A DNA stretch of 64,000 nucleotides. It comes from Haliotis rufescens. Lineage: Eukaryota. Positions 36,231 through 47,878 of the stretch are shown piece by piece. Within the stretch, counting starts at the first letter, position 1. Every line of letters starts with the position of its first letter. Location: NCBI RefSeq assembly GCF_023055435.1, contig NW_025963902.1:2667815-2731814 (forward strand), given 5' to 3'. The notes beneath the pieces were generated by a model. That model was given only the letters and a program-made list of their open reading frames with translations. It was not told the origin of the DNA and made no database searches. The position numbers and the translations under genes were made by a program.

Positions 36231-38183
36231 CAGTAAATACGACCGCTATATGTCATTGGTATCAGATCTATGACTGCACTTCTACATATAGTTCCAAGTG
36301 AAAGATGAGTGACACTACTTTGTGAGAGGTCCCACAAAAATGCTGATACGAGCAATTAAAGGTTATTCAAAATGTAGCAAATGAACAAAGTAAGATACGA
36401 GATCGTATTTTAAAAGATAAAATAGAAACACAAACCTGTAGATATACTCCGAACAGTTGGAGTACATATATATACAAAGGTACAAAACTGTTTAGAAAAG
36501 GTTGGTACAGCATTTATCGTACAATCGTCATTAAATATGACTTAGTGTGGGGTGTGAGAACTTTTTGAAACTTGATATATAGAACATTGTTGTTTATATA
36601 TATGGAGTGTTATTTCTGTAGGTTAAGTACGTTGTTATCAACACAATGTATTAATATATAAAAATATTTGTTTGGGATGCTTTCCTTGCATTTAAAGTGT
36701 GTTAGCAGTAGTTGAAAATAGCGATTCAGCATGAAACCAAATTTGAAATGGGGTGAAACAGTTGTTACATAGTGTATGAAATACCCTCTGAAGACATATA
36801 TTGCAGTCTCAAATTTAGAAGTTTTAACTCAATATCAGAAAAAAAAGTGATAAGGGTAGGCAATTAGAACAATCGGAGCAAAATATAATTTGACTTTTTG
36901 GTAAGTCACCAGTCATTTCATTGGTATTTTAAGAGAGTATGTTATTACAGTGCTTGACGTTAGCCTAAATTACTTTAATCCTCTTAATCTTTCAGAGGAG
37001 GTTATGTTTTCAGGGGATTATTGTACGTATATATTTCGTATCAAGGTTTCTTGGCGCAATCCACCAACGATTGTCGAGTTTTATGATCTTCAAGTACGTT
37101 TCAAGGTCAAAGAGAAAATTTACTTTAGTGGCAATCATATTTTCATTATTCATTTTCAATTCCTTTCCATTTGGATACAAGCAGATATATTTCAGCAATT
37201 GATTGCAAGAAATTTAAGATAATTCGTATACTCTTTGCAACTGTACAAGAGTTATCCGAAGATACCGGATGTTATTTGTGTATGCACGGGATCTGTCAAC
37301 TCATTTGTTGTGTTTGAATTCTTCGTCAAAATATAAATATGATTAAATTCCCTCGTTTGTTTCAAGAAAAGGATCATGTACTCCTTATCAACTCGTATAG
37401 CGTTTCCACTGAAAATCGACACACTGGTTGATCAGCCTGTGTTTGTACACTTCGTCATCACTCGTTCAGTCGTGTCGAACTGGTCAACGTACTGTTGAAG
37501 CAAGTCATGCAAAAAACATCTTGAATAGCCTTATAAGAGAATTGAACAATATGTCTCAATTAAGTTATTTGTCGAATATACGGTTGTGTAACCCATCATT
37601 TTGAACCCGAGGATGGATCTTTCAGTCATTTAAATTTATCGATGTTGACACCACCCTTTAATGACGATTGTACGATAAAGGCTATACCAACCATCCCTAA
37701 CTTAACAGTTTTGTACGTTTGTCATCATACACAGTATTACTCGAATTGTACATGTGAAACGCAAGCTCAACTGACAAAGATCATTTCTAGTCAATTGGCG
37801 TCTTGGACACTACGGTAGTAAGGTTATTACAATTTACGTAAGAATTTATTACATTTTACCGCAAGTAGAGATTATTACAATTTACGTCAATTTTTATTAC
37901 AATTTGCGTATTACAATTTACGTCAAATATCATTACAATTTACGTTGTTATTACAATTTACGTCAAAATTATTACAATTTGCTGCAAGTGTTACAATTTA
38001 CCTTTTTATTACAATTTACGTCGTAACAAGGGCATATCTACCTGTTAAGTCCCACCTCCTTCAGTCTACGGCTACTGGATGACGTGGTACCCCTTTTGGC
38101 AGGAACGCTGTTTGTACCCAAATGTTGCTTGTGTTCCACCTAAAACGTTGGTAACATGGAAATGACAATTCTATTTGCTACAG

Positions 38184-38294
38184 GACATGGTGGTGACTAA
38201 AGCCTACGTGTCAGGGAGCCGGAAGTGCATCGTCCTCCCAGGAAATATCACCGAGGACTTCAATACCACCATGACTGACATACTGGCCAGGAAG
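38184..38294 (+). CDS. Gene 1 exon 3
   Basis: Acceptor ttctatttgctacag|g and perfect donor aag|gtgagt. 111 nt, phase 0-0. Encodes DMVVTKAYVSGSRKCIVLPGNITEDFNTTMTDILARK. Frame of track ORF 38175..38378. Confidence 0.5.
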
Positions 38295-38371
38295 GTGAGT
38301 TGTGTGTTGAGGGGCGGGGTGAGGGATGGGGTTGTGTGTCTGGGGGTGGGGGGTGTGGGGGTGAGGATGCA

Positions 38372-39190
38372 GATGTAGGGACATCTTGATGCAAGATAGG
38401 ACTGAGGATGCAGATGTAGGGACATCTTGATGCAAGATAGGACTGAGGATGCAGATGTAGGGACATCTTGATGCAAGATAGGACTGAGGATGCAGATGTA
38501 GGGACATCTTGATGCAAGATAGGACTGAGGATGCAGATGTAGGGACATCTTGATGCAAGATATGACTGAGGATGCAGATGTAGGGACATCTTGATGCAAG
38601 ATAGGACTGAGGATGGAGGTGTAGGGACATCTTGATGCAAGATAGGACTGAGGATGCAGATGTAGGGACATCTTGATGCAAGATAGGACTGAGGATGCAG
38701 ATGTAGGGACATCTTGATGCAAGATAGGACTGAGGATGCAGATGTAGGGACATCTTGATGCAAGATAGGACTGAGGATGCAGATGTAGGGACATCTTGAT
38801 GCAAGATAGGACTGAGGATGCAGATGTAGGGACATCTTGATGCAAGATAGGACTGAGGATGCAGATGTAGGGACATCTTGATGCAAGATAGGACAGAGGA
38901 TGCAGATGTAGGGACATCTTGATGCAAGATATGACTGAGGATGCAGATGTAGGGACATCTTGATGCAAGATAGGACTGAGGATGGAGGTGTAGGGACATC
39001 TTGATGCAAGATATGACTGAGGATGCAGATGTAGGGACATCTTGATGCAAGATAGGACTGAGGATGCAGATGTAGGGACATCTTGATGCAAGATAGGACT
39101 GAGGATGCAGATGTAGGGACATCTTGATGCAAGATAGGACTGTGGATGCAGATGTAGGGACATCTTGATGCACGATAGGACTGAGGATGG
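38372..39190. repeat. Minisatellite, 41-bp unit (ggatgcagatgtagggacatcttgatgcaagataggactga), about 20 copies
   Basis: Three 330-aa minus-strand ORFs are read-through artefacts (41x3 = 123 nt, giving 41-aa periodicity). Starts about 75 bp after the gene 1 exon 3 donor, preceded by a G-rich stretch. Confidence 0.7.
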
Positions 39191-39654
39191 AGGTGTTGAA
39201 CCATCCATGTCCGTGTGATCTTATTTGTTGTATGAGCTATTAATGTTATCGTCCATACCAACATGGTTTAGAAATGTTGTTTTCTTATTTGAAAGCCGGA
39301 TTGGTAAACAAGCAAACACTTATTTATATAAATACCGCTCCTGGAAAACAGATCATCATAAGTACCTGTGGGGGTCGTTAAAAGAGCCCACACATTCGTT
39401 AAAAGTATGGCTATGTCGCGTCATTCTGTATACAACACAGCCCTGACAAGACAAACCTGTGTCTTAAAAAATAAGAAGACATTAATGCAACGATGAAACA
39501 CAACACGCAAAATCACAGATTCCGCGAGCAAATCCTCGTTTTAGGCATATCTTATACACTTAGTAATTATATGACCTGCTTTCTCCCGGCAACGGGAAGA
39601 AGTCGCTGAAGTTAATTTACATGTAGTATGTGACTGGGTGAATCAACAAGTGGA

Positions 39655-39735
39655 CTTTTAAAAAAAAAAATTAATTTTTTTTTATATTTTTTTTTTTTTT
39701 TGGGGGGGTGGGGGGGTGGGGGGGTGGGGGGGATT
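39655..39735. repeat. Homopolymer block A11/T-runs followed by (G7T)n G-tract array
   Basis: tttgggggggtgggggggtgggggggtgggggggattggttggggg has four or more G7 runs. Confidence 0.7.
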
Positions 39736-40345
39736 GGTTGGGGGCCGAATGTCAAGTTAAAGCAGATCTGATGGATTTCAGCAATTACGACAATGGCAAA
39801 AGCCAAACAAGGGAAACGACATGAACAACATGGACCAAGGAAATGATTAGTTAGAAATTGTCATAAAAGCGTGATTGATCGTTAATCAAGTGACGCATCA
39901 ATTAAAATCAACTATGTTAAGTGGTTCACACAGTGAAACCTCTTTAAACACGCAATAAATCATGAGGAGTTACCCGTTCTTTCGAGACAAACGGAGTACT
40001 CACAAAAAGCATAGAACTGAGAATGATTCTATCGCAGGAATTTTGCATTAAATATTGTATGGGTTTTGTGGTAATGATGTTTCACATTTTTGCGAACACC
40101 TGGTGTCATCACTGATTCTCATATGGATTCAATGGAATCTGTTTCGGGAAACTGATCGAAACTGCTTGTACTCTGAACTGTCTGTCTGTTGAGAAAGTGG
40201 ACACTTGACGACCGAATCCGATACAATTAGCTTAGACATTGGTGCATTTCATTACAGACATGTTTTACTCTACATATTCCTGCGCCATTGGTGTCTGGAA
40301 CGCCTACTTAATCTCACAGGCACTTATTTCACCTTTTTTTCTCAG

Positions 40346-40505
40346 AAACAGAGGTTGAATGAGACAGTTGAAATTGGCCAGTTTGCGATGACGTCAGACA
40401 TTGCCATGACCCCTCCGGAGAGAGAAGCCTTTCAGACTGCCAGTCCTTATCTTGCTAGGAAATGTCGCAACATGGATATCCTCAACGCAACAGCACCTGC
40501 GACGG
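40346..40505 (+). CDS. Gene 1 exon 4
   Basis: Acceptor ttcaccttttttt ctcag|a and donor cgg|gtgagt. 160 nt, phase 0 in and phase 1 out. Encodes KQRLNETVEIGQFAMTSDIAMTPPEREAFQTASPYLARKCRNMDILNATAPAT. Frame of track ORF 40205..40528. Confidence 0.5.
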
Positions 40506-40775
40506 GTGAGTGTGTGCCCAACGAGTAGTGTTAGGATATCCGATATTTCTAAAAACAATTAGCATCTGCCAAAACTGTACTAAGAATATGTTGTAAACGA
40601 AAACTGTTACTTAATGTTTCTATTTTTTCGTATAGTAAATGTTCTCATCATACATTCAATGCTCTAAAATCTAAAATATTGATATTTAAAACATACATCG
40701 GATGTATAAACACTATAATGGTGACATCGTCATTTCTCTGCCCAAATACAACACGAGTATGTTTTTGCGTTTCAG

Positions 40776-40873
40776 ATATGACAGACATCCTGGATAAATT
40801 TCCATTGACTTTACTAACTGTCGGAGGAAGCGTCACCATCTACGTCAGTTCCACTTTACATGCCTTGTCATGA
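40776..40873 (+). CDS. Gene 1 terminal exon (hydrophobic C-terminus, stop TGA)
   Basis: Acceptor gtttttgcgtttcag|at. The phase-1 entry reconstitutes a GAT codon and continues the frame of track ORF 40679..40873: DMTDILDKFPLTLLTVGGSVTIYVSSTLHALS then stop. The MTDIL motif repeats that of exon 3. Confidence 0.5.
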
Positions 40874-42751
40874 AGATGACAGAGGGTCACATTCACCTGT
40901 GAACTGTGTGTGTATGATATGTGATGCGTTGTGGTAATACTGTTAAAACAGGCCTAGTTTTAGAATTTGACCTCATGGTCGATGTTTCAGTTACAAAGGA
41001 TGAGCAGCGTATAAAGATTGTGTTCACGTTATACCTGAAATGAACGTGAATATATTTGCATAAAGCTTATGATCACGTTTGCGATGTCGATGAATTTGGT
41101 GATCTTTCGGTGGTAATTTATATTCATATAAGCGGCCTTGAGAAGCATTGAGACAATCGAGGTTTCGAGACGTACAGAACAGAAAAGATGTCAGATCTAC
41201 ATCTGTCTACGAGACACAATGTCAGTGGCTAGTGGTGTTACTAGTACACAGGTTGTTTGAAACAGTTTGTACTTTGAAATGTGAAGGGCACTGTATAAAA
41301 ATCACACTGAAACTGTCCAATTCTTAAGTATAAAAGTAATCGGACTGAAAACTGGTTGTTTTTTCCTTCAATCGAGTGGAGTGTTTTAGGTCATGACCAT
41401 CAGCAGAAGCCGATTGTAACGCACTTTTAAGCTAAAACCAGCAAGTTTTTGAACCAAGGAGACATACTCTCTTCATGTCTATACTGTCCTCTACTGACCA
41501 AATCACCATGGGTCAAAAACTTGCTCGTGTTCAAATAAAAAGATAACACTTACTCAATGACTCTTACAAGAGGTTTGCAGATTCATATGTGCTTTACGTG
41601 TGCAATTGGTGTTGTTATAAATCCAAAAGATGCAAATGTTGAAGAGAAAAACCTATTCACATTCGTCTGAACACCTCTGAAACATTTCACATCCACTTCT
41701 TGACCGTTTGTTCATTTCGTACACAAGGCATGTCAAACCACGTCCTTTCCATCATTTTAATGTACAGTTTACATGTTGATACTTACACTGTAGATTGTGA
41801 GATGCAAATAAAGACTAAAACAAAATTGCTTTCTGTTGCTTACCCTTCTATGCCGACAGATCAATGTCACCCCTTATCAATAGACTTGATGATGGTTCAG
41901 ACTTTTTTGTATCAAGATAATAAAAAAACATCTCCGCCAGAGAAGTATCAGTCTCGATTATCTACCGAGGCGAAAAGGCAAAATTGTGGAAACAATTACA
42001 TGAATGGATCACTGAAAATCAGTGATGACACCAGGTGTTCGCGAAAATAGCAATAAGTCAGGTCCTGGAACACAGGGACCTGTGCATAATCCCTGAAATC
42101 TGGGTAAGTATTTTCTGACGAATATCGAATGTTGGAAACAGTTGTTGTGGTACTTAAACATACTTGAGTCATGTTGTTATTGTATTCAGGGTCGGTGTGC
42201 CTTGTGTAACGGCATGTGAGCATATCGTGTGATAGGAAGCCTAGTTACACAATTGACAACTCCGTGACGCGTCACACGTGAATTATGACCTTGAGGCACA
42301 AGCATGTTTGTCACGTGGAGGGTAACGTGTTCCATTGTTCCCAGCGACTACACAAAATTGTAACAATATTATATCATGTCATACTGTCTGAGGAAAGCAT
42401 AACGTATGCACATCGGAGACGTTTCAGTCACCATAACGTAACGTTACTATGTTGACAGATCATAGATCTTACCAGTGACATTTACATTTAATGTCAGAGT
42501 CGAGAAGGGTATTGTGTAATATAAGCTTTCCTAGACTGAATGTTAGTTTGATATATGTGTGACTTGTATCTTTGCATCATCATATTATTTGCTACGGGAG
42601 GTACAGCTTGTCTATCTTTATTATTGTATGTACAGTTTACTTTCATTAATTGTCCCTGAAGGTAGAGTTGGTCAAATAGGTTTTGCCTGATCACCGATCC
42701 CTTTCCTTTTTGGAAATAAATAATGTTAAAATCAAGTATCAGCTGTGTCAT

Positions 42752-43108
42752 GAAAAAGGGGACCGTATTCGACGTAATAAGCGCCCTGCTCTAATAAGCG
42801 CCCACGGCCATATTTGCTAATATATTGGGCAGTGAACAATCCCAATTAGCACCCCTTCCGATTGGTCAATGTACAAAAGACTTATTTATTCGCGTATACT
42901 GCGCACTCGTGTGTTATATGCAACGTTAATTATGGGCAATTAAATTCTGGAAAAATATATCTGTCGTATATAAACATTTCAGGCTGTCAGCATAAACCAC
43001 GAAATTTATCTTTCAACTCTGTTTTTTTCACCAAAATATTATTCTAATAAGAGCCCCCCATTTTTAATTTTGAGAGCCCCCTGGGCGCTTATTACGTCGA
43101 ATACGGTA
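42752..43108. mobile_element. MITE, about 357 bp, with roughly 24-bp TIRs (ccgtattcgacgtaataagcgcc)
   Basis: Perfectly inverted termini. A rearranged second copy lies at about 54030..54300 sharing the terminal cgcatattacgtcgaatacggta. Confidence 0.45.
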
Positions 43109-43629
43109 TTTGTGATATAGCTGTCCAGCCAAGATTACGTCTACCGTGACAAGAGTCACACATTTATACCTATAGTGAGGTCGCTGGACGAGGAATACAG
43201 GCTACCTTGTCCAAACAGGGATGTTCTGGACAGACTATTTATATTACTGGACAACATGGAATTTTCCACACGGCAGTCGCATAAGAAAGACATCCGCGTC
43301 CGGAGCTGGGAACTGTAAACGTGAAGTTGCTGCATGGTCAGAGAGTTATAAGTGACGGGAGATGGTATTCCTGGGCCGAAGTTCAGTGCACAGTAAGAGT
43401 GAAGGCCTTGTTTGTTTCATCCACGAAGTAAACCCTGGGCGCCAGGTCCAAAGGGTAAAACCCTGCTTAAATGCTGAGGTGGTTGTCAGGGAGGGCCAAG
43501 AACCTCGGGAGACAGAGAATCAGCAGCACATAGCGAGAATGTCCCGCGTGAGACCGGAGTTGTGAGCCAGAGCCATTTGTACCTGTCAAATAAACCCGCC
43601 TCTCCAGGAAACAGGTCATTTCAGCGACA

Positions 43630-43760
43630 GTGACAATCTCATTAAATTCAAATATTTTACTCTGACACGACACCCCCTGCGTGAAAATCTGAGGACACTT
43701 CCACAGAAATATCGTCACGTGATCCCTTAGCGGACTTTGACCGTCAAGTTTAAATGAAAC
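43630..43760 (+). mobile_element. Solo diverged TIR of the X1/X2 MITE family
   Basis: caatctcattaaattcaaat...atctgaggacacttcc...tcacgtgatc...actttgaccgtcaagtttaaatgaaac aligns with the X2 terminal region. Confidence 0.35.
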
Positions 43761-45202
43761 GGGGATGCGTAGGTTTTTAGACTAAGTTTTCATTTCTTAA
43801 CTACCCCCATTCGGAAATTAACCAGCTTAGGAAAGGAAACCCGCACGCAACACAACATTGACCTTTTGAGTGTAGATGCCATTGTGCTCAGAAACGACAG
43901 GGTGTATGTACACATCCACAAGAATACATATGCGCGGCATTTTATTTCGCATTCGGGTTTTCCCTCTATACAGAAATCAGATGTGCTTGTCTAAATGCTC
44001 CGCTCACTCGTACAAAGAAGTTTGGGGCCTCGATGCTGATGGGCTGATCAGAAAGTTCACGTGACTAGACCTCCTATTGAGGTGTCCCAAGATCTTCACA
44101 CAGATAGGTATTGTATGGAAGTTTCAAATCTTTGATAAGATTAGTTACAATATATTGACATTATTACTTAGTATACTTAAGTTACAAGACGAAGAAGTGA
44201 GATAAAATATTGAATAGTTCAAGAAAGGAAAGCTCAGAGAATAAAATGAGCTGTTCAATATACAGAGAACATCTTGATGGCATATCTGTATGACGGATCG
44301 TTTGGTGGAATCTGCGAGCACGGCTATGGTGCTGACAAACCTACAATCATTATCTTGGTGAATATGGGGCTAGTGCTAAACATTAGCAGATCCTGGAACG
44401 ACAATGCGATGCAATTCTGCAGGGTGGATTGCAACACCTTAATCCATTGTGCAACCGCTGGCCTCTGAAACGCAATATTTGTCATTTGAAAAATAGATTA
44501 AAACGCGGATATTATGTGATTGCTAAAGGAAATCTCAAGTCGTGTCACATTTCACACTCCGCGAACCTTCAGCGATTACTTAAAGAAACATATTATTACA
44601 GTAATTTTATTCTTAATACGACCACAAAATCTATAGTTTTGAGAAATAATCGATAATCAATAAACAAGTACAAAGTGAAAAATGTGATGTCATTACCGAG
44701 GGTATAGTCTATCATACGTGATTATGTGCCATGTAGTAGGTTATGGTTGTAAGACGCGTACATAAACATATGCTTGATTTTAATGCTAATTTGCATATTC
44801 GGAGACATGTGCTCATGGGAGCTGTATAATTATCGCACACATCTTTTTTGACCCCGGTAAAGTAGTTTAGATTAGGAACACTGCTCATTGTATATATATA
44901 TATATGCGGACGTGTGTGCGGGTGTGTTGGGGAAATGTGCCTATATATTTTCACACATTTCTTACATTATTCGTTGCATCGTGGGCTTCTCGTATGTTTT
45001 GTTTGTTTTTTGTTTGTTCAAATTTTAACTCACACGTAGTGTGAAAATCATCTGTGTTAACTCACTCACTCAATCAAAAACTAACGCAAAAAAATCTAGT
45101 CCCTTGTCACAACAAGTGCTATGCCCCTTGGTCAATAGTCCGCATCGAAACAGCATCCCTTAATATCATGGCCATTGCTGTAAAACTCCCTTGTCACTAC
45201 GG

Positions 45203-45560
45203 TGAGGTGAGGTGAGGTGAAATGGGGTTTAACGTCGCGTCCAAGATTATTGCACTTATATAGCGACGTGCACGTACGTGTGTGTGTTTGTGTGGCTGCT
45301 TGTACTAGTCCGGACTGATGCCGATTATAGTGCTAGCTCACTGAGATACCATGCCGCAGTTTAACACGAATACCCCACTCAGACACAGTATACTGACTCC
45401 AAGCCGACCAGTCCTTGTTTTAGCCCCTAAATGCCGAGCGCCAGACAGGGTAACAACAAGTACTATCTTTTAACGTCTTTTGGTATGACGCAGCCGGGGA
45501 TCGAACCCCGGACCTTCCGCTCTGCGGGCGGACGCTCTACCACTAGACCACGGAGGCGGT
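45203..45560 (-). mobile_element. SINE family D, full copy, about 230 bp upstream of the gene 2 start
   Basis: Reverse complement of the 15835 copy. Confidence 0.6.
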
Positions 45561-45791
45561 TGTCACTACAGAATACATGCAAACGCTGATGCCTCTCCCA
45601 ATGTTCTTTCAACCTGACGCTTATATCACAAGTTGTGAATATCATTATTTGGAACGACTAAAAAGGTATAAGAATATTCATCAGGTCACCGTTAGGTCAA
45701 AATTTGAATACATAGCAGTACATATAGGACTGACAGTGGGTGAATGTTTTATACAGAGAACCAGCATCAGGGAGTTCGGACATTTTGAAAA

Positions 45792-45863
45792 ATGAATTCT
45801 CTTCTTCTTGCTACAGCTCTTGCTTGCCTGGGTCATGTTGTTTTGGCTCAAACAAGTCCTGCG
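45792..45863 (+). CDS. Gene 2 (novel secreted protein family) exon 1: signal peptide
   Basis: ATG then MNSLLLATALACLGHVVLAQTSPA, then donor gcg|gtgagt. 72 nt, phase 0. Confidence 0.5.
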
Positions 45864-46327
45864 GTGAGTTAATATATTTGCGTAATTTGATATTATGTAA
45901 AACATGTTCCATGGCATGATTGGCAGCAAATATTTAGGTTCAGTCATTAGAATGTTATAAAACTCAAACTATTTATATTTCAGAAAATACTGTAATTATA
46001 CAAAAACTGGTGTTGTATCTGACCACGGTGGACCTACAAGGACAATTAATGAAAGTTTCATCGTCATGTGCGTTACCGGGTCACTGGATGTTCTAGTCCA
46101 TCACTTGATTGTCACGATTGTTTACATGCAACCGTCGCATTGCAGTAGCATCACTGCTGTGGGAGTCAGGCAACAAGCACAATTGCTGTTTCATGCACAC
46201 TGTGTGTGGCGGATGCTTCCAGTATGGAAGGACATCAAGGATTTTCAATCATATAATTTTCACCGCGAAACTGTTTCAGCGTATAATCAAGACTGGTTAT
46301 TCTCTGCCATTGACGTTTTGTACGTAC

Positions 46328-46503
46328 AGTAAACTACGGTTATAACGAACACGCTTATAAAGAACTAACGGATATAACGAACTAACTTTTTAGTCCCGAC
46401 TATATGCTGTAGTTATGCTGTATATATGCTTATAACCAATTACGGTCATAACGAACTAAAATTAGTAGTCCCGTTGAGTTCGTTATAACCGTAGTTTACT
46501 GTA
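46328..46503. mobile_element. Stowaway-like (Tc1/mariner-type) MITE, about 176 bp
   Basis: 27-bp TIRs tacagtaaactacggttataacgaac / gttcgttataaccgtagtttactgta. TA dinucleotides flank both ends. Lies in gene 2 intron 1. Confidence 0.5.
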
Positions 46504-46519
46504 TATCTGTCCCTTGTGG

Positions 46520-46795
46520 GGACACGGGTGGCCCAGTTGTCAAAGGCAACGCAATTCGCTGTGTTGAGTTGCGTTCCTTGACCACGCCAGAAACCTATGA
46601 TTCTGGGTTCGGTTCCCGATTCGCCCAGATTATGTATCTAGGTTTGTCAATACCATACCCGTGCTCGTGGGTTTCACCAACGTGGAAACCAGCATCACTT
46701 CGGACTTTTCTCCCACATGAAGTTAATGGGCGTGATATAATTGGAATACGGTTCAAGGCGGTGATTAGCCTCACTCACTCACTCACTCACGCAAC
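46520..46795 (+). mobile_element. SINE family B copy in gene 2 intron 1
   Basis: gggacacgggtggcccagttgtcaaaggc ... cactcactcactcactcac. Confidence 0.55.
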
Positions 46796-46894
46796 GAGGT
46801 CAGAACATCTAAGCCATCGTTATCTTGGCGTTGAAAGTAACCTGGCGTTTAAAATAATAAATAAACTACATATTTCATTTTTTGCCTATTTCAG

Positions 46895-47059
46895 GCGAGC
46901 ATAAAGGCCTCATGGACTCGGGTCGTGACTCCAACCGTAACAGCAAAGGAAAGAGCCGTTATAGACGACGCTGCCCAGACCATCAAATTCGTCGCTCCAT
47001 CCAGGGCTCTGGCATCTGTCGGTCTGAAAAGCAACGCCGAGTATATTGAATACAACACG
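46895..47059 (+). CDS. Gene 2 exon 2
   Basis: Acceptor ttttgcctatttcag|g and donor acacg|gtacgt. 165 nt, phase 0-0, no stop. Encodes ASIKASWTRVVTPTVTAKERAVIDDAAQTIKFVAPSRALASVGLKSNAEYIEYNT. Homologous to gene 3 exon 2. Confidence 0.55.
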
Positions 47060-47296
47060 GTACGTGATTCGGGTATACTATGAGATGTATACAAAAGCGA
47101 ATGTGTTTCATCGGAAGAGGATTCCATATTGTTTAATGTCTATTTGATATGGACATATGTAGTAGACTGTGCTATATTATTGTCAGATGTACATATCACG
47201 GATGTTGATCTCAGTAAGCGACAACGTATCATAAACACACACTATTTACATCTTACTGGGAAGGTGATCGATAACTGGACTGCTCGTTACTTTCAG

Positions 47297-47410
47297 GAAA
47301 TGTTTGCTGTGAAACTTTTCGATCGGCCGGTTAAGACTTGTTTCATTTTCAACGGTACCAACGTGCTTGATACATTCTCCGCCACAAGTGCTGACTTGCA
47401 AGCCCGAGTT
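47297..47410 (+). CDS. Gene 2 exon 3
   Basis: Acceptor ctcgttactttcag|g and donor gtt|gtaagt. 114 nt, phase 0-0. Encodes EMFAVKLFDRPVKTCFIFNGTNVLDTFSATSADLQARV. Frame of track ORF 47129..47578. Homologous to gene 3 exon 3, also 114 nt. Confidence 0.55.
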
Positions 47411-47878
47411 GTAAGTTTTCAGTCATTACCGGTTCTGTTTGTTTTTTTCTCAAATATTCAATTGGCAAGAATGATACATGTAACAAATGTCATATTTGGG
47501 ATAACACTTTCTGAGTTAAGTACAGATTCCTTTTGGGTTGAGTCCCGTCCGGGATTCGAACCAACACCGCCAGAGTGAGGCAACTAATCGCCAGCACACA
47601 GAGTCAACGATCTAACCCACTCAGCCACCGAGGCCTCTACAAAATTGAAACTGGTAGTCTAGATCACGTACTTTGTGTACCCCTCTGACAAGTGTATGAT
47701 AAATACAAGAATGGTACATTTTACAAATATAAACATGATATTATGTCGGGATCATTGTGGGATTCTATTGGCACGCCCGCCCGCCCGCACACACTCGCTG
47801 TTTGAATCCCAGCTTGTTGTAAATGAAAAACAATGATAATTGTAGATAGAATAACTGTGACATATTTTTTAATTATAG

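Larger units (their letters stand above)
32015..38024. mobile_element. Candidate foldback-like element (about 6 kb) with long TIRs made of 21-22-bp tandem subrepeats
   Basis: Arms at about 32015..32335 and 37637..38024 are reverse complements, roughly 270 bp near-identical and then more diverged. The outer parts consist of tandem copies of acgtaaattgtaataa... A direct repeat AACAAGGGC flanks both ends (32006..32014 and 38025..38033). Carries hAT copy 1 nested inside. Confidence 0.4.

Noticed and set aside
38204-39264. Three overlapping minus-strand ORFs of 320-334 aa, the longest in the window
   Set aside because: They lie entirely in the 41-bp minisatellite. 41x3 = 123 nt periodicity yields stop-free periodic peptides (SSVLSCIKMSLHLHPQSYLASRCPYICILSPILHQDVPTSA repeated). 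They are not coding.
43300-43570. CpG-rich stretch with ORF 43362..43565(+), possible promoter or exon
   Set aside because: No splice signals or recognisable peptide. Adjacent to MITE fragments. Insufficient evidence.
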